Shown here in pieces: positions 43,401 to 54,029 of a DNA stretch of 64,000 bases; position 1 is the stretch's first letter; every line of letters starts with the position of its first letter. The notes below the pieces were generated by a model. The model worked only from the letters and a program-made list of their open reading frames with translations, made no database searches and was not told the origin of the DNA. This DNA is from Eledone cirrhosa (lineage: Eukaryota). The DNA lies in NCBI GenBank assembly GCA_964016885.1, contig OZ024754.1:32178001-32242000 (forward strand). Direction: 5' to 3'. Made by a program: the position numbers and the translations under genes.

Positions 43401-46400
43401 ATTCTGGCTGGATACAACTGGTTTGAACAGAAAGAGGTAAGAGTATTCTGGCTGGATACAATTGGTTTGAACAGAAAGAGGTGAGAGAATTCTGGCTGGA
43501 TACAGCTGGTTTGAACAGAAAGAGGTAAGAGAATTCTGGCTGGATACAGCTGGTTTAAACAGAAAGAGGTGAGAGAATTCTGGCTGGATACAACTGGTTT
43601 GAACAGAAAGAGGTAAGAGTATTCTGGCTGGATACAATTGGTTTGAACAGAAAGAGGTGAGAGAATTCTGGCTGGATACAGCTGGTTTAAACAGAAAGAG
43701 GTGAGAGAATTCTGGCTGGATACAGCTGGTTTAAACAGAAAGAGGTGAGAGAATTCTGGCTGGATACAGCTGGTTTGAACAGAAAGAAGTGAGAGAATTC
43801 TGGCTGGATACAGCTGGTTTGAACAGAAAGAGGTAAGAGAATTCTGGCTGGATACAGCTGGTTTGAACAGAAAGAAGTGAGAGAATTCTGGCTGGATACA
43901 GCTGGTTTCAACAGAAAGAGGTAAGAGTATTCTGGCTGGATACAATTGGTTTGAACAGAAAGAAGTGAGAGAATTCTGGCTGGATACAACTGGTTTGAAC
44001 AGAAAGAGGTAAGAGTATTCTGGCTGGATACAATTGGTTTGAACAGAAAGAGGTGAGAGAATTCTGGCTGGATACAGCTGGTTTGAACAGAAAGAGGTAA
44101 GAGAATTCTGGCTGGATACAGCTGGTTTGAACAGAAAGAAGTGAGAGAATTCTGGCTGGATACAGCTGGTTTAAACATAAAGAGGTGAGAGAATTCTGGC
44201 TGGATACAATTGGTTTGAACAGAAAGAAGTGAGAGAATTCTGGCTGGATACAACTGGTTTGAACAGAAAGAGGTAAGAGTATTCTGGCTGGATACAATTG
44301 GTTTGAACAGAAAGAGGTGAGAGAATTCTGGCTGGATACAGCTGGTTTGAACAGAAAGAAGTGAGAGAATTCTGGCTGGATACAGCTGGTTTGAACAGAA
44401 AGAAGTGAGAGAATTCTGGCTGGATACAGCTGGTTTGAACAGAAAGAGGTAAGAGTATTCTGGCTGGATACAATTGGTTTGAACAGAAAGAGGTGAGAGA
44501 ATTCTGGCTGGATACAGCTGGTTTGAACAGAAAGAAGTGAGAGAATTCTGGCTGGATACAGCTGGTTTGAACAGAAAGAAGTGAGAGAATCCTGGCTGGA
44601 TACAGCTGGTTTAAAAAGAAAGAAGTGAGAGAATTCTGGCTGGATACAGCTGGTTTGAACAGAAAGAGGTGAGAGAATTCTGGCTGGATACAGCTGGTTT
44701 GAACAGAAAGAAGTGAGAGAATTCTGGCTGGATACAGCTGGTTTGAACAGAAAGAGGTGAGAGAATTCTGGCTGGATACAGCTGGTTTGAACAGAAAGAG
44801 GTGAGAGAATTCTGGCTGGATACAGCTGGTTTGAACAGAAAGAGGTGAGAGAATTCTGGCTGGATACAACTGGTTTGAACAGAAAGAGGTAAGAGAATTC
44901 TGGCTGGATACAGCTGGTTTGAACAGAAAGAGGTAAGAGAATTCTGGCTGGATACAGCTGGTTTGAACAGAAAGAAGTGAGAGAATTCTGGCTGGATACA
45001 GCTGGTTTAAACAGAGAGAGGTGAGAGAATTCTGGCTGGATACAACTGGTTTGAACAGAAAGAGGTGAGAGAATTCTGGCTGGATACAGCTGGTTCGAAC
45101 AGAAAGAGGTGAGAGAATTCTGGCTGGATACAGCTGGTTTGAACAGAAAGAAGTGAGAGAATTCTGGCTGGATACAGCTGGTTTGAACAGAAAGAAGTGA
45201 GAGAATTCTGGCTGGATACAGCTGGTTTGAACAGAAAGAGGTGAGAGAATTCTGGCTGGATACAGCTGGTTTGAACAGAAAGAGGTAAGAGAATTCTGGC
45301 TGGATACAGCTGGTTTGAACAGAAAGAGGTAAGAGAATTCTGGCTGGATACAGCTGGTTTGAACAGAAAGAAGTGAGAGAATTCTGGCTGGATACAGCTG
45401 GTTTGAACAGAAAGAGGTGAGAGAATTCTGGCTGGATACAATTGGTTTGAACAGAAAGAGGTGAGAGAATTCTGGCTGGATACAGCTGGTTTGAACAGAA
45501 AGAGGTGAGAGAATTCTGGCTGGATACAACTGGTTTGAACAGAAAGAGGTAAGAGTATTCTGGCTGGATACAACTGGTTTGAACAGAAAGAGGTGAGAGA
45601 ATTCTGGCTGGATACAGCTGGTTTAAACAGAAAGAGGTGAGAGAATTCTGGCTGGATACAGCTGGTTTGAACAGAAAGAAGTGAGAGAATTCTGGCTGGA
45701 TACAGCTGGTTTGAACAGAAAGAGGTAAGAGAATTCTGGCTGGATACAGCTGGTTTGAACAGAAAGAGGTGAGAGAATTCTGGCTGGATACAGCTGGTTT
45801 GAACAGATAGAGGTGAGAGAATTCTGGCTGGATACAGCTGGTTTGAACAGAAAGAAGTGAGAGAATTCTGGCTGGATACAGCTGGTTTGAACAGAAAGAA
45901 GTGAGAGAATCCTGGCTGGATACAGCTGGTTTGAACAGAAAGAAGTGAGAGAATCCTGGCTGGATACAGCTGGTTTGAACAGAAAGAAGTGAGAGAATTC
46001 TGGCTGGATACAGCTGGTTTGAACAGAAAGAGGTGAGAGAATTCTGGCTGGATACAGCTGGTTTGAACAGAAAGAGGTGAGAGAATTCTGGCTGGATACA
46101 GCTGGTTTGAACAGAAAGAGGTGAGAGAATTCTGGCTGGATACAGCTGGTTTGAACAGAAAGAGGTAAGAGAATTCTGGCTGGATATAGCTGGTTTGAAC
46201 AGAATGAGGTAAGAGAATTCTGGCTGGATACAGCTGGTTTGAACAGAAAGAGGTAAGAGAATTCTGGCTGGATACAACTGGTTTGAACAGAAAGAAGTGA
46301 GAGAATTCTGGCTGGATACAGCTGGTTTGAACAGAAAGAGGTAAGAGAATTCTGGCTGGATACAGTTGGTTTGAACAGAAAGAGGTGAGAGAATTCTGGC

Positions 46401-49400
46401 TGGATACAGCTGGTTTGAACAGAAAGAGGTGAGAGAATTCTGGCTGGATACAGCTGGTTTGAACAGAAAGAAGTGAGAGAATTCTGGGTGGATACAACTG
46501 GTTTGAACAGAAAGAGGTAAGAGAATTCTGGCTGGATACAACTGGTTTGAACAGAAAGAGGTGAGAGAATTCTGGCTGGATACAGCTGGTTTGAACAGAA
46601 AGAGGTGAGAGAATTCTGGCTGGATACAGCTGGTTTGAACAGAAAGAGGTAAGAGAATTCTGGCTGGATACAGCTGGTTTGAACAGAAAGAAGTGAGAGA
46701 ATTCTGGCTGGATACAGCTGGTTTGAACAGAAAGAAGTGAGAGAATTCTGGCTGGAAACAGCTGGTTTGAACAGAAAGAGGTGAGAGAATTCTGGCTGGA
46801 TACAGCTGGTTTGAACAGAAAGAGGTGAGAGAATTCTGGCTGGATACAGCTGGTTTGAACAGAAAGCGGTAAGAGAATTCTGGCTGGATACAGTTGGTTT
46901 AAACAGAAAGAGGTGAGAGAATTCTGGCTGGATACAGCTGGTTTGAACAGAAAGAGGTGAGAGAATTCTGGCTGGATACAACTGGTTTGAACAGAAAGAA
47001 GTTAGAGAATTCTGGCTGGATACAGCTGGTTTGAACAGAAAGAGGTGAGAGAATTCTGGCTGGATACAGCTGGTTTGAACAGAAAGAGGTAAGAGTATTC
47101 TGGCTGGATACAATTGGTTTGAACAGAAAGAGGTGAGAGAATTCTGGCTGGATACAGCTGGTTTGAACAGAAAGAAGTGAGAGAATTCTGGCTGGATACA
47201 GCTGGTTTGAACAGAAAGAAGTGAGAGAATCCTGGCTGGATACAGCTGGTTTAAAAAGAAAGAAGTGAGAGAATTCTGGCTGGATACAGCTGGTTTGAAC
47301 AGAAAGAGGTGAGAGAATTCTGGCTGGATACAGCTGGTTTGAACAGAAAGAAGTGAGAGAATTCTGGCTGGATACAATTGGTTTGAACAGAAAGAGGTGA
47401 GAGAATTCTGGCTGGATACAGCTGGTTTGAACAGAAAGAAGTGAGAGAATTCTGGCTGGATACAGCTGGTTTGAACAGAAAGAGGTAAGAGTATTCTGGC
47501 TGGATACAATTGGTTTGAACAGAAAGAGGTGAGAGAATTCTGGCTGGATACAGCTGGTTTGAACAGAAAGAAGTGAGAGAATTCTGGCTGGATACAGCTG
47601 GTTTGAACAGAAAGAAGTGAGAGAATCCTGGCTGGATACAGCTGGTTTAAAAAGAAAGAAGTGAGAGAATTCTGGCTGGATACAGCTGGTTTGAACAGAA
47701 AGAGGTGAGAGAATTCTGGCTGGATACAGCTGGTTTGAACAGAAAGAAGTGAGAGAATTCTGGCTGGATACAGCTGGTTTGAACAGAAAGAGGTGAGAGA
47801 ATTCTGGCTGGATACAGCTGGTTTGAACAGAAAGAGGTGAGAGAATTCTGGCTGGATACAGCTGGTTTGAACAGAAAGAGGTGAGAGAATTCTGGCTGGA
47901 TACAACTGGTTTGAACAGAAAGAGGTAAGAGAATTCTGGCTGGATACAGCTGGTTTGAACAGAAAGAGGTAAGAGAATTCTGGCTGGATACAGCTGGTTT
48001 GAACAGAAAGAAGTGAGAGAATTCTGGCTGGATACAGCTGGTTTAAACAGAGAGAGGTGAGAGAATTCTGGCTGGATACAACTGGTTTGAACAGAAAGAG
48101 GTGAGAGAATTCTGGCTGGATACAGCTGGTTCGAACAGAAAGAGGTGAGAGAATTCTGGCTGGATACAGCTGGTTTGAACAGAAAGAAGTGAGAGAATTC
48201 TGGCTGGATACAGCTGGTTTGAACAGAAAGAAGTGAGAGAATTCTGGCTGGATACAGCTGGTTTGAACAGAAAGAGGTGAGAGAATTCTGGCTGGATACA
48301 GCTGGTTTGAACAGAAAGAGGTAAGAGAATTCTGGCTGGATACAGCTGGTTTGAACAGAAAGAGGTAAGAGAATTCTGGCTGGATACAGCTGGTTTGAAC
48401 AGAAAGAAGTGAGAGAATTCTGGCTGGATACAGCTGGTTTGAACAGAAAGAGGTGAGAGAATTCTGGCTGGATACAATTGGTTTGAACAGAAAGAGGTGA
48501 GAGAATTCTGGCTGGATACAGCTGGTTTGAACAGAAAGAGGTGAGAGAATTCTGGCTGGATACAACTGGTTTGAACAGAAAGAGGTAAGAGTATTCTGGC
48601 TGGATACAACTGGTTTGAACAGAAAGAGGTGAGAGAATTCTGGCTGGATACAGCTGGTTTAAACAGAAAGAGGTGAGAGAATTCTGGCTGGATACAGCTG
48701 GTTTGAACAGAAAGAAGTGAGAGAATTCTGGCTGGATACAGCTGGTTTGAACAGAAAGAGGTAAGAGAATTCTGGCTGGATACAGCTGGTTTGAACAGAA
48801 AGAGGTGAGAGAATTCTGGCTGGATACAGCTGGTTTGAACAGATAGAGGTGAGAGAATTCTGGCTGGATACAGCTGGTTTGAACAGAAAGAAGTGAGAGA
48901 ATTCTGGCTGGATACAGCTGGTTTGAACAGAAAGAAGTGAGAGAATCCTGGCTGGATACAGCTGGTTTGAACAGAAAGAAGTGAGAGAATCCTGGCTGGA
49001 TACAGCTGGTTTGAACAGAAAGAAGTGAGAGAATTCTGGCTGGATACAGCTGGTTTGAACAGAAAGAGGTGAGAGAATTCTGGCTGGATACAGCTGGTTT
49101 GAACAGAAAGAGGTGAGAGAATTCTGGCTGGATACAGCTGGTTTGAACAGAAAGAGGTGAGAGAATTCTGGCTGGATACAGCTGGTTTGAACAGAAAGAG
49201 GTAAGAGAATTCTGGCTGGATATAGCTGGTTTGAACAGAATGAGGTAAGAGAATTCTGGCTGGATACAGCTGGTTTGAACAGAAAGAGGTAAGAGAATTC
49301 TGGCTGGATACAACTGGTTTGAACAGAAAGAAGTGAGAGAATTCTGGCTGGATACAGCTGGTTTGAACAGAAAGAGGTAAGAGAATTCTGGCTGGATACA

Positions 49401-50730
49401 GTTGGTTTGAACAGAAAGAGGTGAGAGAATTCTGGCTGGATACAGCTGGTTTGAACAGAAAGAGGTGAGAGAATTCTGGCTGGATACAGCTGGTTTGAAC
49501 AGAAAGAAGTGAGAGAATTCTGGGTGGATACAACTGGTTTGAACAGAAAGAGGTAAGAGAATTCTGGCTGGATACAACTGGTTTGAACAGAAAGAGGTGA
49601 GAGAATTCTGGCTGGATACAGCTGGTTTGAACAGAAAGAGGTGAGAGAATTCTGGCTGGATACAGCTGGTTTGAACAGAAAGAGGTAAGAGAATTCTGGC
49701 TGGATACAGCTGGTTTGAACAGAAAGAAGTGAGAGAATTCTGGCTGGATACAGCTGGTTTGAACAGAAAGAAGTGAGAGAATTCTGGCTGGATACAGCTG
49801 GTTTGAACAGAAAGAGGTGAGAGAATTCTGGCTGGATACAGCTGGTTTGAACAGAAAGAGGTGAGAGAATTCTGGCTGGATACAGCTGGTTTGAACAGAA
49901 AGCGGTAAGAGAATTCTGGCTGGATACAGTTGGTTTAAACAGAAAGAGGTGAGAGAATTCTGGCTGGATACAGCTGGTTTGAACAGAAAGAGGTGAGAGA
50001 ATTCTGGCTGGATACAACTGGTTTGAACAGAAAGAAGTTAGAGAATTCTGGCTGGATACAGCTGGTTTGAACAGAAAGAGGTGAGAGAATTCTGGCTGGA
50101 TACAACTGGTTTGAACAGAAAGAGGTGAGAGAATTCTGGCTGGATACAGCTGGTTTGAACAGAAAGAAGTTAGAGAATTCTGGCTGGATACAGTTGGTTT
50201 GAACAGAAAGAGGTAAGAGAATTTTGGCTGGATACAGCTGGTTTGAACAGAAAGAGGTGAGAGAATTCTGGCTGGATACAGCTGGTTCGAACAGAAAGAG
50301 GTGAGAGAATTCTGGCTGGATACAGCTGGTTTGAACAGAAAGAGGTAAGAGAATTCTGGCTGGATACAGCTGGTTCGAACAGAAAGAAGCAGAAAGAATT
50401 CTGGCTGGATACAACTGGTTTGAACAGAAAGAGGTGAGAGAATTCTGGCTGGATACAGCTGGTTTGAACAGAAATAAGTGAGAGAATTCTGGCTGGATAC
50501 AGCTGGTTTGAACAGAAAGCGGTAAGAGAATTCTGGCTGGATACAGCTGGTTCGAACAGAAAGAGGTGAGAGAATTCTGGCTGGATACAGCTGGTTTGAA
50601 CAGAAAGAGGTGAGAGAATTCTGGCTGGATACAGCTGGTTTGAACAGAAAGCGGTGAGAGAATTCTGGCTGGATACAGCTGGTTTGAACAGAAAGCGGTG
50701 AGAGAATTCTGGCTGGATACAGCCAGTTTA
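4467..50730. repeat. 44-bp tandem satellite, main block (~1,050 monomers) with higher-order duplications
   Basis: Continuous 44-bp periodicity with occasional 43-bp units. Recurrent variants include GAAGT/GAGGT, GTAAG/GTGAG and CAACT/CAGCT. Confidence 0.99.
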
Positions 50731-50838
50731 AATGCTAAAGAGTTAAGCTCAGATCAACACATCTTTCTGCAGTGTGCTGCAGTTCTGTGAAAATTCTTGA
50801 AAATATTATAATTATGAAATTAGTTTACCTGTGAAGTT

Positions 50839-50878
50839 TTAAATCATATCAATCTGTTCTTCATCACTGCCCATTGGA
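50839..50878 (-). CDS. Last coding exon (exon 5) of a predicted 124-aa protein: (R)[12 protein letters not shown]
   Basis: Acceptor TTTCTCTTGCAG, phase 2 matching exon 4, TAA at 50841-50839. A donor CAG|GTAAAC follows at 50828, so the exon would span 50878-50829. Confidence 0.6.
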
Positions 50879-50907
50879 CTGCAAGAGAAACTTCATCATT
50901 GACTTCA

Positions 50908-51392
<485 letters not shown>

Positions 51393-51480
51393 GGTAAGTT
51401 ATTCCGGGTTGAATCGGAGGTAACCACAGTAAGTAAGGTACTCAATACATAGCAGAGTATAACAGTTTTAATATAGATGA

Positions 51481-51530
51481 GATTCTACAGGGCTAGAACT
51501 GTTTCATTCTTTAGAAATCATCAGGAGATG
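51481..51530 (-). ncRNA. Degenerate type I hammerhead ribozyme-like motif, possibly from a Penelope-like element
   Basis: The minus strand reads CTGATGA-T-TTC(TAAA)GAA-T-GAAACAG-TTCTAGCC-CTGTA. It has both core boxes, a small stem II, stem III ACAG/CTGT and a GUA triplet; stem I is weak. Confidence 0.4.
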
Positions 51531-51744
51531 GAGAGGAGATGGGCACTGCCAAGCATTTCTAAGACCCAGTAAAATGCCATAATGGACATACAGTAAAAAA
51601 AATAACACACCAGATAGGTTGAGACCCAGAAAACCAATGACCCTGTTGTCCACTGCCATTCCCCAGTATGGTGGTGATCAACATGTAACTCAGACAACAA
51701 CAATAATGACAATGTTGCCCACATCAACAACCAACAATGTCTCC

Positions 51745-52335
51745 AAAGAAAATACTGTCTTTGGGACATGGAATGTCTGCACTTTATATGCTTACGGAAG
51801 GATGAAAGAACTTAGGCATAAACTTGACAGATGTATATGGGATATCTTAACCCTTTAATGTTCAAACCGGCCAAAACCGGCCAGAATTCTCTACCTCATT
51901 CTGTTGAAACTGGCTGTAACTGGTCACTCAAACTGATGTTAAGGTATTGTTCTCAAAATAAATACTTTCAAAATCTCATAGATTCGATATTATGTGAGAT
52001 AATTATGTGAGGTAAAGCCTTTACCATGAAAATATAATAGTATATATATAGAGTAATGTGAATACTAAAGGGTTAAAGCAGGCTAAAGTCAGGTAGACAG
52101 GGTTTAGTAAAACAATTGCAGATGAAGGCCACAAACTGTGGCACAACAAAGTTGATAGCAAGCACCAACATGGAGTGGGCTTCATCATTAAAAAAGCCCA
52201 GAGTAAGCTCAGTCATCAGCTGTACCCCAATATCCAACATCATCACAATATGTGTGCCTACAAGACCACTGAATATTACCATCATTTAAGTTTATGTGCC
52301 AATGCTTGAATAAGATTGCGAAGTGAGCTTCTTTA
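51745..52335 (+). mobile_element. Degenerate RTE-clade LINE, N-terminal APE endonuclease fragment, split by a MITE
   Basis: Translates as FGTWNVCTLYAYGRMKELRHKLDRCIWDIL / KQAKVR*TGFSKTIADEGHKLW...HGVGFII...NITII*VYVP, matching the LINE endonuclease motifs GTWNV, GVGF and IQVYAP. It carries in-frame stops. Confidence 0.85.
51847..52076. mobile_element. 222-bp TTAA-type (piggyBac-like) MITE, unexpanded relative of the satellite-bearing element, in opposite orientation
   Basis: TTAA|CCCTTTAATGTT ... AATACTAAAGGG|TTAA. Removing it plus one TTAA restores the reading frame of the host LINE. It contains one ~43-bp satellite-like monomer at ~51860-51930. Confidence 0.92.
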
Positions 52336-52709
52336 TCACTCAGCCATGCTGCTTCACATAGTCACTTATTTAACAGTACATTCTTTTTATTTTTATTCAT
52401 GAATGAATTAATTGCACCGTGGAGATAATTTCAGCTAAAATTATCTATATTTAACTCTTTCATGGTCATCTATTCTATAATAAAGGGAAGAGTGTGAGAC
52501 AGCATCCGATTTATATCTTTTAATCGAATTAGTAAAATAAGTTGGATTACTTTGAATAAATAATGAATGAATATTACATAATTTATGTACTAAATTTTGT
52601 AACTCTTGATTAAATATCAATAATTTTATTGCCTATTTAAAATTGACTTCTTTTAAAAGTTTCGAATTTCTACACTTCCGGTATATCACCGTCACCACTC
52701 CAACTATCA

Positions 52710-52767
52710 TATATATAGAAAGAGAGAGTGTGTGATGAGAGAGATAGAAATACAGTGATTATGTGAC

Positions 52768-52801
<34 letters not shown>

Positions 52802-53065
52802 TGAAAGAGATAGATGAAAAGATTGGGATTTTTTTCAACACACTGACACGTGTGTGTGTATATGCACATACATACATCTATATGTATGAGTATATAACTA
52901 TAATTGCACAAACACAAACTTACAAAAATACACACTCACGCACATACATTCATACAAATACACATACTTTCACACAAACACATACATATATTCACACATA
53001 TACACTTACACAAACACACATTTACACATATACATTTACACAAATACACACATACAGTTATACAG
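52710..53065. repeat. (TA)/(GA)/(CA)-rich low-complexity region
   Basis: Mixed dinucleotide runs. Confidence 0.85.
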
Positions 53066-53119
53066 TCATGAAAGCAGCATTCGATAAATTGGAAATGGGA
53101 GAGTAAAATAAAGTACAAC

Positions 53120-53850
53120 TTTTTATTTATTTATTAACAACACAGTTTAACTCTTTTTTTAAAAAACTCATTTGTATAAAAATGTAATACAATGGTTACA
53201 GAACAAAAACACAAACAAATATAATATATACAAAGGAAAGGGAAAGGAAAACAGAAAGAGAAAAAATACACAAGCACGTAATACACACATCTTAGACCAC
53301 ATAGAACAAAATGCAGGCGAATGAATGAAAAAACGAGACGCTACCAGAGCAAAAGATAGCAATATAGTGAGGAGTAATGGGAAACCTCTCTAATTATTTT
53401 TGAGGCAAGTCAGTATGCTCTCAGTGTTACCTGGGATGATGGCGAAGCTGAGGTGCTGGAACAACCAAGTGCCCTCACGAGCATCACCAGTTACCTCTGT
53501 TTGGCGAGCCGCCAGTGAAGGTAAGAACCTCGCTGTCAGTAGCCCGACTCCCCCAAACGTCTCGAACGCCACAGGCTGGATAATGAAGTTAGCTGACAGA
53601 ACACAGTATTTTAGGATTTTGTTCCGTTCAGCTGCGGATGCCGTAGCTCTCGTCCTTACCGCTGCATCCAGAATGTGGGAAGAATCAAAAGAGTTCCTGA
53701 CTGTGACGTCCCAGGTAAGGCACCTGCCTCTTGACCAGGAGCAGAGAGTAAGACCGTCAAATCTTTTCCCATCAATTCTGGACAACCCAGACAGTTCCAA
53801 AATTGAGGGGATGTTTGCCCCGGCCAAAGCTCTAAAGTGGTAATAAGACA
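53120..53850 (-). mobile_element. 5'-truncated CRE-clade non-LTR retrotransposon (restriction-like endonuclease C-terminus plus 3' UTR)
   Basis: ORF 53827-53390 reads IPSILELSGLSRIDGKRFDGLTL.SWSRGRCLTWDVTV...AAERNKILKY...PVAFETFG...LSFAIIPGN. This matches the RPDG...WDVT...K..KY...ETLG...QRGN pattern of CRE-type REL endonucleases. Confidence 0.85.
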
Positions 53851-54029
53851 GTGTGTGTATGTGTGTGTGTGTGAGTTTGTCGGCATTCTTAAATTAGAGA
53901 CGTATGTGTGTGTGTGACTGTTTTTAAGTTAGAGACATATATATATGTGTGTATCCCTCTCCTTCTTTTTACACACACATACATTCACACAAACACACAT
54001 ACACATTGTGTGACGGACAAGTGGACAGA

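Larger units (their letters stand above)
130..50746. mobile_element. TTAA-specific (piggyBac-type) MITE expanded to ~50.6 kb by internal satellite amplification
   Basis: The left end is TTAA-GCCTTTAGCATT (130-145) and the right end is AATGCTAAAGAG-TTAA (50731-50746); they match as inverted repeats at 14/16. Segment 134-310 aligns along its length with the reverse complement of the 222-bp element at 51851-52072. Confidence 0.85.

Noticed and set aside
225-50414. Dozens of very long minus-strand ORFs (up to 1545 aa) with a 44-aa repeat
   Set aside because: The 44-bp monomer has no stop on the minus strand, so all three frames give the same peptide. Frames shift freely at 43-bp units, starts are mostly non-ATG, and the unit derives from a non-coding MITE.
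267-50730. CRISPR array, or a centromere/telomere assignment
   Set aside because: There are no unique spacers or cas genes and the context is eukaryotic. There is no telomeric motif, and centromere function cannot be inferred from sequence alone.
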